Positions 48,288 through 58,909 of a DNA stretch of 64,000 nucleotides are shown here, one piece after another. The number at the start of each line of letters is the position of its first letter. The stretch's first letter is position 1. The notes below the pieces were generated by a model that was given only the letters and a program-made list of their open reading frames with translations, was not told where the DNA came from and searched no databases. Position numbers and translations under genes: made by a program. The stretch comes from Gammaproteobacteria bacterium (GTDB lineage Bacteria; Pseudomonadota; Gammaproteobacteria; UBA6429; Thiohalophilaceae), in the NCBI GenBank assembly GCA_030148325.1, contig JASBTR010000145.1, forward strand, positions 1,548 to 65,547, in the 5' to 3' direction.

Positions 48288-50087
48288 ATGTCAATAAATC
48301 GCCGTGAGTTCATGCAGGTGATGGGAATGGCCGCTGCGGCCGGGATGTTGCCGGGTTGCGAAGGCAAGAATACGGATTCGAAGACGGGAAAGACGAGTTC
48401 TGCCGCGAAGGCGCCACGGGATACCTATCATGTGCCGAAATTCGGCAATGTGACCCTGATGCACATGACCGACTGCCATGCGCAACTACTGCCCATTTAT
48501 TTTCGCGAACCCAGTGTCAATCTGGGGCTGGGCAAGGCATTTGGCCAGCCGCCCCACCTGGTAGGCGAGAAATTTCTTAAATATTTTGGTATTCAGCCCA
48601 ATACGCTGGCGGCGCATGCCTTTACCTATCTGGATTATGTCGAAGCCGCCAAAACCTATGGCAAGGTCGGCGGTTTTGCCCATTTACGCACTCTGGTCAA
48701 GCGCCTGCGCGCCGATATGGGAGCAGACAAGACGCTCTTATTGGATGGCGGCGATACCTGGCAGGGATCCGGTACGGCCTACTGGACTCGCGGCAAGGAC
48801 ATGGTGCGCGCCTGTAACCTGCTGGGTGTGGATGTGATGACCGGTCACTGGGAATTCACTTATCGGGATTCAGAAGTCATGGATAATATTCGTGAGTTCA
48901 ACGGTGACTTTGTTAGCCAGAATATTTTCGTCAAGGATGATGCGGCCTTTGACTACAAGTTTGCTGACTTCCCCGGTTATGATGAAGACTCACAGCGTGC
49001 TTTCAAACCCTATACCATCAAGGAAATGGCCGGCGGCATCCGTGTTGCTGTGATTGGCCAGGCCTTCCCCTATACGCCCATCGCCAACCCCGGTCGCTTC
49101 ATTCCCGACTGGACATTCGGTATCAACGATGGAGCCATGCAGGCTGTGGTGGATGAAGTTCGCGCCAATGAAAAACCGGACGTGGTCGTCGTGTTGTCAC
49201 ACAACGGTATGGACGTGGATCTGAAAATGGCCTCACGGGTCAGCGGCATCGATGCTATTTTTGGCGGCCATACTCACGATGGCGTACCGGCACCGACGGT
49301 GGTCAACAACAAGGGCGGCAAAACGCTGGTGACCAATGCCGGTTCCAACGGCAAGTTCCTCGGTGTTATGCAGTTTGATGTGCGCAATGGCAAGGTGCAG
49401 GATTTCCGTTACAAATTGTTACCCGTCTTCTCTAACCTGCTGGAACCCGATGCTGAAATGGCCAGCTATATTGAGGAAATGCGCAAGCCCTACATCAAGA
49501 CACTGAGCGAAGAACTGGCCGTGACAGACAGCCTGTTGTATCGCCGCGGCAATTTCAACGGCACCTTCGATCAGGTGATTTGTGATGCCCTGCGCGAAGT
49601 GGGTGGCGCACAGATCTCCCTGTCGCCGGGTTTCCGCTGGGGCACATCGATTCTGCCCGGGCAGACCATCACCATGGAAAACGTCATGGATCAGACCGCG
49701 ATCACCTATCCGGAAACCTATGTGCGGGAAATGCGTGGGCAGGACATCAAGGACATCCTCGAGGATGTGGGGGATAACCTGTTCAACCTGGATCCCTACA
49801 AACAGCAGGGAGGGGACATGGTGCGCGTCGGTGGTCTGGACTATACGATTGATCCAACCCAGACAATTGGTAAGCGCATAACGGATATGCGTCTGAATAA
49901 CGGTACCCTGATCGATGCAAACAAAAACTACACAGTAGCAGGCTGGGCGACGGTAGGTTCAAAAGCACCGGGCAAGCCGATCTGGGATGTCGTAGCTGAA
50001 TACCTGCGGGAAGAGAAAGTGGCGAAGGTGACCAGGCTGAACACGCCGAAGATTCTCAACGTGAAGGGTAATCCGGGAATAGCTTGA
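48288..50087 (+). CDS. soxB: Thiosulfohydrolase SoxB (metallophosphoesterase/5'-nucleotidase fold)
   Basis: Tat signal SINRREFMQV. NVTLMHMTDCHAQLLPIYFREPSVNLGLG and GDTWQGSG motifs are typical of SoxB. About 600 aa. Confidence 0.85.
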   Translation: MSINRREFMQVMGMAAAAGMLPGCEGKNTDSKTGKTSSAAKAPRDTYHVPKFGNVTLMHMTDCHAQLLPIYFREPSVNLGLGKAFGQPPHLVGEKFLKYFGIQPNTLAAHAFTYLDYVEAAKTYGKVGGFAHLRTLVKRLRADMGADKTLLLDGGDTWQGSGTAYWTRGKDMVRACNLLGVDVMTGHWEFTYRDSEVMDNIREFNGDFVSQNIFVKDDAAFDYKFADFPGYDEDSQRAFKPYTIKEMAGGIRVAVIGQAFPYTPIANPGRFIPDWTFGINDGAMQAVVDEVRANEKPDVVVVLSHNGMDVDLKMASRVSGIDAIFGGHTHDGVPAPTVVNNKGGKTLVTNAGSNGKFLGVMQFDVRNGKVQDFRYKLLPVFSNLLEPDAEMASYIEEMRKPYIKTLSEELAVTDSLLYRRGNFNGTFDQVICDALREVGGAQISLSPGFRWGTSILPGQTITMENVMDQTAITYPETYVREMRGQDIKDILEDVGDNLFNLDPYKQQGGDMVRVGGLDYTIDPTQTIGKRITDMRLNNGTLIDANKNYTVAGWATVGSKAPGKPIWDVVAEYLREEKVAKVTRLNTPKILNVKGNPGIA

Positions 50088-50092
50088 GAAAA

Positions 50093-50181
50093 GTGACGAG
50101 TGACAAGGGACGAGTGGCGAGGAAAAACATCGGGTAGCCTGTACTTATTTCCTCGTCCCTCGTCCCTCGTCCCTCGTCACT
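50093..50181. repeat. Heptamer-array palindrome between convergent soxB and hemH
   Basis: GTGACGAGTGACAAGGGACGAGTGGCGAGG (50093..50122) pairs with CCTCGTCCCTCGTCCCTCGTCCCTCGTCACT (50151..50181). Confidence 0.9.
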
Positions 50182-51209
50182 ATCTTCATCCAGTCACGAC
50201 ACTGTTCTTCGATAATCCGGCAGAGCATCTCGATATGCGCATCTGAAGCATTGAGCGCCGGGATATAGTCAAAACGTTCACCGCCAGCCTGCAGGAACCA
50301 TTCTCGATTCTGCACATTTATTTCCTCCAGGGTTTCCAGACAGTCGGCGGGAAAACCCGGGCAGATAACCTGCACTGATTTTTTGCCTTCCCCGGGTAAG
50401 GCTTTGAGTGTTTCATCGGTGTAGGGTTTGAGCCATTCTTCCCGACCCACGCGTGACTGGAAACTGATGCGCCATTTATTTTCATTCAGCCCGAGTTTTT
50501 CCGCCAGCAGGCGTGCGGTTTTCTGGCACTGGCAGAAATAGGGATCGCCGGCCAACAGGTAGCGTTTGGGCAGGCCGTGGAAGGAGATCAGCAGCATGTC
50601 AGCCTGCGGTTGTGTTTGCCAGAATGCGGTAACACTGTTTGCCAGCGCTTCAATATAGGCCGGGTGGTCATGGTACTGGTTCAACATGCGTAAGGATGGA
50701 ATCCAGCGCCAGCTCATGAGTTCGCGAGCGATGGCGTCAAAGGTAGAGGCGGTGGTGGTGGCGGAATACTGGGGATAAAGCGGCAGCACCAGCAGGCGTT
50801 GCACGTTGGCCGCCTGCAGTTCACGCAGGGCGCCGGCGATGGAGGGCCGGCCGTAACGCATACCCAGGGCAAATTTAACAGGATGCTTGAACCGGGGTGT
50901 GAGCTGCATTTTTATTTTTTCAAGCTGCTGCCTGCTGATGCTAAGCAGAGGTGAACCATCTTTACCCCAGATGGCGCGATAGGCCGGGGCGATATGGGCC
51001 GGGCGAAAACGTAGAATGACGCCATGCAGGATCAGTTTCCACAGCCAGCGCGGCATCTCGATAACGCGGGGATCGCTGAGAAACTCGGCCAGGTAGCGGC
51101 GAATAGAGCGAGCATCCGGTGCATCAGGGGTGCCGAGATTGACAACCAGGATGCCGGTTTTTGCGCCCTGTTGATGATCATAGTCAGGCCTGCCCCGGAA
51201 TTTACGCAT
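50145..51209 (-). CDS. hemH: Ferrochelatase
   Basis: GILVVNLGTPDAP...YLAEFLSDPRVIE N-terminus. The last ~11 codons (..VTRDEGRGTRK*) lie in a heptamer repeat arm. Confidence 0.9.
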   Translation of the reverse strand: MRKFRGRPDYDHQQGAKTGILVVNLGTPDAPDARSIRRYLAEFLSDPRVIEMPRWLWKLILHGVILRFRPAHIAPAYRAIWGKDGSPLLSISRQQLEKIKMQLTPRFKHPVKFALGMRYGRPSIAGALRELQAANVQRLLVLPLYPQYSATTTASTFDAIARELMSWRWIPSLRMLNQYHDHPAYIEALANSVTAFWQTQPQADMLLISFHGLPKRYLLAGDPYFCQCQKTARLLAEKLGLNENKWRISFQSRVGREEWLKPYTDETLKALPGEGKKSVQVICPGFPADCLETLEEINVQNREWFLQAGGERFDYIPALNASDAHIEMLCRIIEEQCRDWMKIVTRDEGRGTRK

Positions 51210-51485
51210 AAAAAACCTCGGAATAAAAAAAAAACAATTATCCCCGAGTCTGCACGGGAGTAAAACTGCTTTTCGGATATTTAATTAGATTTTGGTGGCT
51301 ATCGGCGCTAATCCCACCCGGGCTGCTTTGTGATTGCGATCACGAATAAGACATTCTCTCGCATGTGGCAAAGAAATAAGTGACCGATCCTGTTTGTAAA
51401 TGACTGCGGACAGGACTAGATTGTGGTTTCTTGATTAGCAGGGCTTTTCTGAAACACCACTATCCTCAGAGGGGGAAGGGAGTCA

Positions 51486-52139
51486 ATGATGAAATTGAAC
51501 TACAAATTAATTTGTGCGGTTATCAGCGCGCTGTTGCTGGGTTCATCCGCATGGGCGGAAAAAGCGGCAACAGCCGAACATGAAATGCCTGCGATGGGTG
51601 AGCAGGGCGCTGCCGGACATGAAGCGGAGCATGATATGTCGAGCATGCATGAGAAAGACCAGAGCGGGATGATGGAGCAGACCGGTGATGCGGATGCCGC
51701 CATGCAGGATAAAATGATGAATGAACCTATGCCGATAGAGCAGAGTGGTTTTTCCCGTGGCAGCGTGGTGCGCTCAGTATTTACATCGGCGGTAGAGGAC
51801 CGTGAGCCGACCGACAGTATCAAGGAACTGAACACCAATTCGGATAAGGTGATCTATTATACTGAACTGCGCGACATGGCCGGACAGACTGCCAAACATC
51901 GCTGGGAGTATAACGGCGAGGTGATGGCCGAAGTCAAGTTCAATGTAGGCGGCTCGCGCTGGCGCGTCTGGTCAAGCAAGAGTTTTGTTCCCGGCTGGAC
52001 GGGTGAGTGGAAGGTTTCCGTGCTCAATGGCGCCAACGAAGTTATCTCGGAAGACATCCTGACCTACAGCCCGGCCACGGCGGAGCCGGTAGTAGAAGAG
52101 TCGGCACCCACAGCGGTTGACAGCATGCAGGTGCAATAA
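51486..52139 (+). CDS. Secreted DUF2914-like protein with Met/His-rich N-terminal segment
   Basis: Signal peptide, 70-aa Met/His/Glu-rich low-complexity region, C-terminal HRWEYNGEVMAEVKFNVGGSRWRVWSSK pattern. Confidence 0.6.
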   Translation: MMKLNYKLICAVISALLLGSSAWAEKAATAEHEMPAMGEQGAAGHEAEHDMSSMHEKDQSGMMEQTGDADAAMQDKMMNEPMPIEQSGFSRGSVVRSVFTSAVEDREPTDSIKELNTNSDKVIYYTELRDMAGQTAKHRWEYNGEVMAEVKFNVGGSRWRVWSSKSFVPGWTGEWKVSVLNGANEVISEDILTYSPATAEPVVEESAPTAVDSMQVQ

Positions 52140-52160
52140 GCTGCATGCCACTGGGCTATT

Positions 52161-52244
52161 TGTTGGGCTTCGTTTTACTCAGCGCCAACCTACGAACACC
52201 GATAAAATGCGTAGGTTGGTGCTGAGCGACAGCGAAGCCCAACA
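52161..52244. repeat. ~34-bp-arm imperfect hairpin (GTTGGGCTTCG...CCAACCTACG family) after the DUF2914 gene
   Basis: TGTTGGGCTTCGTTTTACTCAGCGCCAACCTACG - 15 nt - CGTAGGTTGGTGCTGAGCGACAGCGAAGCCCAACA. Confidence 0.8.
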
Positions 52245-52360
52245 TTTATGGAGACCGCCTCTGGAAAAAGCTGCGCCGGTTAATATTATGCAAGCGCAAT
52301 AAGGTGGCAGCCTGGGTTGTTTGTTGGACTTCGTTTTACTTTAGCACAACGAATCAGGAT

Positions 52361-52419
52361 TGAGTGGCGAGGATAGAAAAGCAGGACTATGCTTTTGTCG
52401 TCCCTCGTCCCTCGTCCCT
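52361..52419. repeat. Heptamer-array hairpin immediately 3' of ettA (possible terminator)
   Basis: TGAGTGGCGAGGA ... AAAAGCAGGACTATGCTTTT ... GTCGTCCCTCGTCCCTCGTCCCT. Confidence 0.75.
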
Positions 52420-52423
52420 TTAA

Positions 52424-54091
52424 TTAGTGCTCCAGTTTTTTGTAGCGAATACGATGCGGCTGGTCGCTGTCATCACCCAGGCGGCGTTTGCGGTCGGCTT
52501 CGTAATCAGCGTAGTTGCCCTCGAACCAGACCACTTCACTGTTGCCTTCAAAGGCAAGAATGTGGGTGGCGATACGATCCAGGAACCAGCGATCATGCGA
52601 GATGACAATGGCGCAGCCGGGGAAGGTGAGCAGGGCTTCTTCCAGTGCGCGCAGGGTTTCCACGTCCAGATCGTTGGTCGGTTCATCAAGCATCAGCACG
52701 TTGCCGCCGCTTTTCAGCAGTTTGGCCAGATGCACGCGGTTGCGTTCACCGCCGGAGAGGTTGCCGACTTTTTTCTGCTGGTCGCTGCCCTTGAAATTAA
52801 AGCGCCCGACATAGGTGCGTGACGGGATCTCATAGCTGCCGATGGTGATGATGTCCTGGCCGTCAGAGATTTCTTCCCATACCGTCTTGCTGTCATCCAG
52901 CGCATCGCGGCTTTGATCGACGCAGGCGATTTTCACCGATTCCCCCAGACGCAGTTCGCCGCCATCCGCTTTTTCCTCGCCGGTGATCATGCGGAACAGG
53001 GTAGTTTTACCCGCGCCGTTGGGGCCGATAATGCCGACGATGCCACCCCTGGGCAGGTTAAAATTCAGATCTTCGTAGAGCACCCGATCGCCAAAGCCCT
53101 TGCTGAGATGATTGGCTTCGATGACCAGATCACCCAGGCGTGGGCCGGGCGGGATGTACAGATCCTGTGTTTCGTTGCGCTTCTGGAAATCCTGAGAAGA
53201 TAGCTCCTCAAAACGCGCCAGACGCGATTTGCTTTTCGCGTGGCGGCCCCTGGGGTTAGTGCGCACCCACTCCAGTTCCTGTTTCATGGCCTTGATACGG
53301 GCGTTTTCCTGTTTTTCCTCGAGTTCCAGACGCTGTTCCTTCTGCTCCAGCCAGGAGGAATAATTACCTTCCCAGGGAATGCCATGGCCGCGATCCAGTT
53401 CCAGGATCCAGCCAGCGACATTGTCGAGGAAGTAGCGATCATGGGTGACGGCAACCACGGTGCCGGGGAAGTCGTGCAGAAAGCGCTCCAGCCAGGCGAC
53501 GGATTCGGCGTCGAGATGGTTGGTGGGTTCATCCAGCAGCAGCATATCGGGCGCGGATAAAAGCAATTTGCATAGTGCCACGCGGCGGCGCTCGCCACCG
53601 GACAGTTTCGTTACATCGGCATCCCAGGGCGGCAGGCGCAGGGCATCGGCGGCGATTTCCAGTTTGCGTTCCAGATTATGGCCGTCGGCGGCCTGCAGAA
53701 TGTTTTCCAGTTTGGCCTGCTCGGCGGCCAGCGCATCGAAGTCGGCATCGGGTTCGGCATAGGCGGCATAGACTTCATCCAGCCGGGTCTGGGCGTCCTT
53801 GATATGCTGCAGGGCTTCTTCGACGTTGCCGCGCACATCCTTGTCCGGGTCAAGCTGGGGTTCCTGAGACAGGTAACCAATGTTGATGCCGGGCTGGGGA
53901 CGGGCTTCACCTTCGATCTCGGTATCCAGTCCGGCCATGATTTTCAGCAGCGTGGATTTGCCTGAGCCGTTTAAGCCGAGTACGCCGATCTTGGCGCCGG
54001 GGAAAAAGGACAGGGAAATATCTTTAAGGATCGTGCGTTTGGGCGGGACGATCTTGCCCACCTGATTCATTGTGTAAATATATTGCGCCAT
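52424..54091 (-). CDS. ettA: ABC-F translational throttle EttA
   Basis: [19 protein letters not shown]... and two ABC cassettes ([18 protein letters not shown]). 555 aa. Confidence 0.95.
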   Translation of the reverse strand: MAQYIYTMNQVGKIVPPKRTILKDISLSFFPGAKIGVLGLNGSGKSTLLKIMAGLDTEIEGEARPQPGINIGYLSQEPQLDPDKDVRGNVEEALQHIKDAQTRLDEVYAAYAEPDADFDALAAEQAKLENILQAADGHNLERKLEIAADALRLPPWDADVTKLSGGERRRVALCKLLLSAPDMLLLDEPTNHLDAESVAWLERFLHDFPGTVVAVTHDRYFLDNVAGWILELDRGHGIPWEGNYSSWLEQKEQRLELEEKQENARIKAMKQELEWVRTNPRGRHAKSKSRLARFEELSSQDFQKRNETQDLYIPPGPRLGDLVIEANHLSKGFGDRVLYEDLNFNLPRGGIVGIIGPNGAGKTTLFRMITGEEKADGGELRLGESVKIACVDQSRDALDDSKTVWEEISDGQDIITIGSYEIPSRTYVGRFNFKGSDQQKKVGNLSGGERNRVHLAKLLKSGGNVLMLDEPTNDLDVETLRALEEALLTFPGCAIVISHDRWFLDRIATHILAFEGNSEVVWFEGNYADYEADRKRRLGDDSDQPHRIRYKKLEH

Positions 54092-54214
54092 TTCGACAGG
54101 TTATCCATGAATACGAAACGGCGTATTTTAGCGGGTATTGCCGGCGTTGAATACCGACTCGTCGTTTTTGCGTTGCCTGATTTAATCGCTTTGGATTTAA
54201 TCCCCTCCAGATTT

Positions 54215-54354
54215 CTGTGATTAATATTGAACCGCCAAGACGCAGCGTACGCCAAGAATTATTTGGCTAAAACTTGGCGTACTCTGCGTCTTGGCGGTTC
54301 AGATAGTTCCTTCGATTAATACCCTGAAGCTTGTGCTGTGGGGTAGTTTAATTC
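54215..54354. repeat. Second copy of the 37.7-kb composite element, with compensated arm changes and an inverted loop
   Basis: Arms 54230..54256 and 54273..54299. The loop AATTATTTGGCTAAAA is the reverse complement (1 mismatch) of the loop TTTTAGCCAAACAATT at 37712..37727. The flanks CTGTGATTAATATT and CAGATNGTTCCTTCGAYTAATACC are in the same orientation. Confidence 0.85.
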
Positions 54355-54443
54355 CGGGCTTGAAATCAACCTCAGGCATCCTATAAAGGCTATAATTTTG
54401 TCTTGTCATCTGCGGCTGTTATGCTATTACCAGCCTTCTTATT

Positions 54444-55538
54444 GTGAAGAGGATTCTATTCATGTCGCGCTTATCGCCTGATTTTTTTTCGCATCCCCGA
54501 TTTTATCGGCCGCTATTTTGTGTCCTGCTTGCAGGCGTGATTACAACAGGTCGCCTGCAGGCTGAGACCGGCGTGCCCGAACTGCTAACCGTTGGCTATC
54601 AGCAGGTTGCTGAAGAACGTATTCTTGATGCGGTTATTGAGGCGGTTAACAAGGCTACGGTATCGGCGCAGACTTCAGGTCGAGTGACGAAAATTTATTT
54701 TGACGTGGATGATGTGGTCAACAAGGGCGACGTGCTGCTACGCATGCGCGACCGCGAGCAACGGGCGCGCTTCAACGCGGCTAAAGCCCGCTATGTTGAA
54801 GCCGGAGCGGAATATCGGCGGGTGAAAGAAGTCTATGCAAAAAAACTGGTGGCCCGCGCCCAGCTGGACAAGGCCGAGGCGCGCCTGAAGTCGGCGAAGG
54901 CTGCGATGGAGCAGGCGCAGGAGAACCTGGAGAATACCATTGTGCGCGCGCCTTACAGCGGTATTGTGGTCAAGCGCTATATCGAGCTGGGGGAAACCGC
55001 CAGGGTGGGACAGCGTCTGTTTACCGGTCTGTCACTGGAATCACTGCGGGCCTCGGTGAATTTGCCGCAGGATATGATCGCCGTGGTGCGTAAACTGAAA
55101 CGTGCCCGGGTTGTTTCAGCGCAGGGACCAGAGCAGAGTCTATCGGGAAAGAGTATTGAAGCCGCGTCCATGATTATCAGCCCCTATGCTGATCCCGCCA
55201 GTCATACTTTTTTATTGCGCGTCAATCTGCCACCGGGGCAACATGGCCTGTATCCGGGTATGGCGGTGAAAGTCGCCTTTGTTACCCGTGAAGTGAAAAA
55301 ATTACTGGCGCCGATTAGCGCCGTGGCGCGCCGCAGTGAAGTCAGCGCGGTTTATGTGATGGATAAAAACGGCAGGGTCAGCATGCGTCAGGTGCGTCTG
55401 GGACGCATGGTCAATAATGATCAAATCGAAGTCCTTGCCGGCCTGCAGGAAGGCGAGCAGATAGCGCGTGACCCGTTGGCGGCAACGGTCTATCTCAAGG
55501 AACAGAACGCCAGCCAGCAGTCGGATTCCACATCATGA
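54444..55538 (+). CDS. RND efflux periplasmic adaptor (MFP)
   Basis: Lipoyl/hairpin/beta-barrel pattern (..TSGRVTKIYFDVDDVVNKGDVLL..coiled coil..VRAPYSGIV). The ATG at about 54462 is the likely start. The stop overlaps the pump gene. Confidence 0.85.
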   Translation: MKRILFMSRLSPDFFSHPRFYRPLFCVLLAGVITTGRLQAETGVPELLTVGYQQVAEERILDAVIEAVNKATVSAQTSGRVTKIYFDVDDVVNKGDVLLRMRDREQRARFNAAKARYVEAGAEYRRVKEVYAKKLVARAQLDKAEARLKSAKAAMEQAQENLENTIVRAPYSGIVVKRYIELGETARVGQRLFTGLSLESLRASVNLPQDMIAVVRKLKRARVVSAQGPEQSLSGKSIEAASMIISPYADPASHTFLLRVNLPPGQHGLYPGMAVKVAFVTREVKKLLAPISAVARRSEVSAVYVMDKNGRVSMRQVRLGRMVNNDQIEVLAGLQEGEQIARDPLAATVYLKEQNASQQSDSTS

Positions 55539-58500
55539 GTAAAAAACTGGGCATCTCCGGGCTGACCGCGCGCGCGTTTCAGAATTCGGAAATCACGCCG
55601 CTGCTGGCGTTACTGGGGCTTTTCCTCGGCGCCTTTGCGCTGATGATCACGCCGCGTGAGGAAGAACCGCAGATCAATGTCACCTTTGCCAATATTTTTA
55701 TCGCCTTCCCCGGCGCTTCGGCCAAAGAGGTCGAAGAACTGGTGAGTACACCGGCGGAACAGATCCTCTCGGAGATCGAAGGCTTAAAGCATGTGTACTC
55801 GGTATCGAAACCGGGATTGGCGGTGTTGACCGTAGAGTTCAAGGTAGGCGAGGATCGCACCCAGGCTATTGTGCGTCTGTACAATGCCGTGTATTCCAAA
55901 CAGGACTGGTTGCCGCCGGGGCTGGGTGTCGCGCAGCCGATTATCAAACCCAAGGGCATTGATGATGTGCCAATTGTGGGCCTGACACTGTGGACCGATG
56001 ATCCGGCGCGTGGCGGTTATGAGCTGAAACAGGTAGCTCACGCGATCGAAGCTGAACTCAAGCGCGTGCCGGGCACACGAGATATCTATACCCTGGGTGG
56101 GCCGGAAGATGTCGTGCATGTGTTGTTCAATGCGGCATCACTGGCAGCCTATGATCTGGCTATCGATGATCTGCGCAATGCGTTGCAGCTCAGTAACGCG
56201 ACCCGGGCTTCCGGTTTTATGGTGCGCGACAATCAGGAAATTGCGGTCCAGACCGGCCTGTTTTTAAGCACGGTCGAAGATGTGCAGGATCTGATCGTCG
56301 GTGTGCATGATGGCAAGCCGGTCTATCTGCGGGATGTGGCCGAAGTGCGGCGCGGCGCGGATCAGCCTGAAAATTATACCTGGTTTGGAACGGGACCCGC
56401 TGCTGCCGCAAAGGGTATCCATGTCAGTGGTGAGTTTCCGGCCGTGACCATTGCCATCGCCAAGCAGCCGGGTACCAATGCGGTGGAGATCGCCGATCAG
56501 GTTATCGCGCGTGTCGATCAGCTCAGGGGAATTTTTATTCCCGAGGATGTACACGTCACCGTAACCCGCAATTATGGCCTGACGGCAGACGCCAAATCGA
56601 AACAGCTGATTGGCAAACTGATCTTTGCCACCAGTTTTGTGGTGTTACTGGTGCTGTTTGCGCTGGGCTGGCGCGAAGCCTTTATCGTTGGCATGGCGGT
56701 GGTGATCACGCTGGCCATCACCCTGTTTTCTTCCTGGGCCTGGGGTTTCACGCTTAATCGCGTATCCCTGTTCGCACTGATTTTTTCCATTGGCATCCTT
56801 GTGGATGACGCCATCGTGGTGGTCGAGAATATTCATCGGCACATGCAAATAGGCGGCAAGTCGTTAACCGAGGCGATTCCGCTGGCAGTGGATGAAGTGG
56901 GCGGACCGACTATCCTTGCAACCTTTACCGTGATCGCGGCATTGTTGCCGATGGCTTTTGTTACCGGACTCATGGGGCCGTATATGAGTCCGATCCCGAT
57001 CAATGCCAGCATTGGTATGCTGATTTCATTAGTGGTGGCTTTCGTGGTCACACCCTGGCTGGCTAACCGCGTACTGCATGTTTCAGCGCAGCATGCAGCC
57101 GGCGAAATAAAAGCGGGTTTTTTTCAGCGTTATTTCAGCGCCTTTATCAGCCCGTTTTTGCAGGGGGCGAAGGGGCGTGGCAAACGCTATTTATTATTGC
57201 TGAGCATTATTGTTCTATTACTGGCATCGATAGGACTGGTGGTAACGAAGCATGTTGTGCTGAAGATGCTGCCTTTCGATAACAAGTCTGAATTTCAGGT
57301 CGTGGTGGACATGCCGGAAGGTACGACCGTTGAACAGACAGCGCGTGTGATGGAGGCGCTGGGTCAGCGTGTCGCACAGACGCCGGAAGTGACTGACTAT
57401 CAGGTCTATGCCGGTGGCGCTTCACCGATTAACTTCAATGGTCTGGTGCGCCAGTATTACCTGCGGCAGGGCGCTAATCTCGGTGACATCCAGATTAACT
57501 TATTAGACAAACATGAACGTGAACGCCAGAGCCACGAGATAGCGCGCAGCCTGCGTCAATCATTGCAGGAAATCGGACGGCGTTACAACGCCAATGTGAA
57601 AATTGTCGAAGTGCCGCCGGGACCACCGGTTATGTCGCCGCTGGTGGCTGAGATTTACGGCCTGAGCGATCAGGGCCAGCGGTCCGTGGCAGTGGAAGTC
57701 AGAAGCCTGTTTGAACAAACGCCTGATGTGGTTGATGTGGATGATTCCATTGAAGCCGAAGCACCCAAGGTGATTATCAAAGTCGATCAGCAGAAAGCCG
57801 CGTTAAATGGTGTCAGCCAGAAACAGATTGTGACGACATTGTCCGCTGCCTTAAACGGTGAGGATGCCAGCTACCTGCATGTGGGCAATGTGAAATATCC
57901 ACTGCCTGTACGCATTGAATATCCTGTTTCATCCAAGGCGGGGATTGAGGATCTGTTAGCGCTGCGGGTGCGTGGTAAGGACGGCGGACTGGTGGCGTTG
58001 GCGGACATCGTCCAGTTTGTAGACAGCCGCCGTGAGCATGCGATTTATCACAAGGATCTGTTGCCGGTGGTGTTCGTTACCGCTGACATGGCCGGTCCGC
58101 TGGACAGTCCGTTATACGGCATGTTTGAGATCATGTCAGATGCCAGTGAAAAAACCTTTTCCCACGGTGGACGGCTGGAACAGTATCTAATCTCACCACC
58201 ACAGAACCCCTATCGTTATAGTATAAAGTGGGACGGGGAATGGCAGATCACTTACGAAACCTTCCGCGATATGGGCATTGCCTATTCAGTCGGTCTGCTG
58301 CTGATCTACCTGCTGGTGGTGGCGCAGTTCCGTTCCTATATTGTGCCGTTAATTATTATGGCGCCGATCCCGCTGACCATCATCGGCGTGATGCCGGGTC
58401 ATGCCCTGCTCGGCGCAAAATTTACCGCCACTTCCATGATCGGTATGATCGCGCTGGCCGGTATCATCGTACGTAATTCCATTTTGCTGGTGGATTTCAT

Positions 58501-58744
58501 CAACCAGCAGGTGGCAGAAGGCGTCGCCTTTGCCGAGGCCGTGATTCGCGCAGGCGTGGTGCGCGCCAAACCCATTACCCTGACCGGGCTGGCCGCCATG
58601 CTCGGCGCATTTTTCATTCTCGATGATCCTATCTTCAGTGGCCTGGCGATTTCACTGATTTTCGGCATTCTGGTCTCCACCGTGCTGACCCTGGTGGTCA
58701 TTCCGGTAATGTACTATGCATTCATGCGCAAGCGTTTTGAGTAG
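55535..58744 (+). CDS. RND family efflux transporter permease
   Basis: 1069 aa with 12-TM/2 large-loop AcrB-type organisation (..GILVDDAIVVVENI.., ..GIIVRNSILLVDF..). Confidence 0.9.
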   Translation: MSKKLGISGLTARAFQNSEITPLLALLGLFLGAFALMITPREEEPQINVTFANIFIAFPGASAKEVEELVSTPAEQILSEIEGLKHVYSVSKPGLAVLTVEFKVGEDRTQAIVRLYNAVYSKQDWLPPGLGVAQPIIKPKGIDDVPIVGLTLWTDDPARGGYELKQVAHAIEAELKRVPGTRDIYTLGGPEDVVHVLFNAASLAAYDLAIDDLRNALQLSNATRASGFMVRDNQEIAVQTGLFLSTVEDVQDLIVGVHDGKPVYLRDVAEVRRGADQPENYTWFGTGPAAAAKGIHVSGEFPAVTIAIAKQPGTNAVEIADQVIARVDQLRGIFIPEDVHVTVTRNYGLTADAKSKQLIGKLIFATSFVVLLVLFALGWREAFIVGMAVVITLAITLFSSWAWGFTLNRVSLFALIFSIGILVDDAIVVVENIHRHMQIGGKSLTEAIPLAVDEVGGPTILATFTVIAALLPMAFVTGLMGPYMSPIPINASIGMLISLVVAFVVTPWLANRVLHVSAQHAAGEIKAGFFQRYFSAFISPFLQGAKGRGKRYLLLLSIIVLLLASIGLVVTKHVVLKMLPFDNKSEFQVVVDMPEGTTVEQTARVMEALGQRVAQTPEVTDYQVYAGGASPINFNGLVRQYYLRQGANLGDIQINLLDKHERERQSHEIARSLRQSLQEIGRRYNANVKIVEVPPGPPVMSPLVAEIYGLSDQGQRSVAVEVRSLFEQTPDVVDVDDSIEAEAPKVIIKVDQQKAALNGVSQKQIVTTLSAALNGEDASYLHVGNVKYPLPVRIEYPVSSKAGIEDLLALRVRGKDGGLVALADIVQFVDSRREHAIYHKDLLPVVFVTADMAGPLDSPLYGMFEIMSDASEKTFSHGGRLEQYLISPPQNPYRYSIKWDGEWQITYETFRDMGIAYSVGLLLIYLLVVAQFRSYIVPLIIMAPIPLTIIGVMPGHALLGAKFTATSMIGMIALAGIIVRNSILLVDFINQQVAEGVAFAEAVIRAGVVRAKPITLTGLAAMLGAFFILDDPIFSGLAISLIFGILVSTVLTLVVIPVMYYAFMRKRFE

Positions 58745-58909
58745 TGAATTTTTATTGCAGTGACAAAAAACATTTACAGGGTTGTGCCAGCGAGAGATTG
58801 AAACCTGTTCAGGCTGGGCGAAGCCCAACACACAAGCCGGTGAGATTAATTCAATTCAGGTAAACCAGCGCCTTTAGCAGTAAGACTCAAACAGTTTCCA
58901 CCGTTCCGT

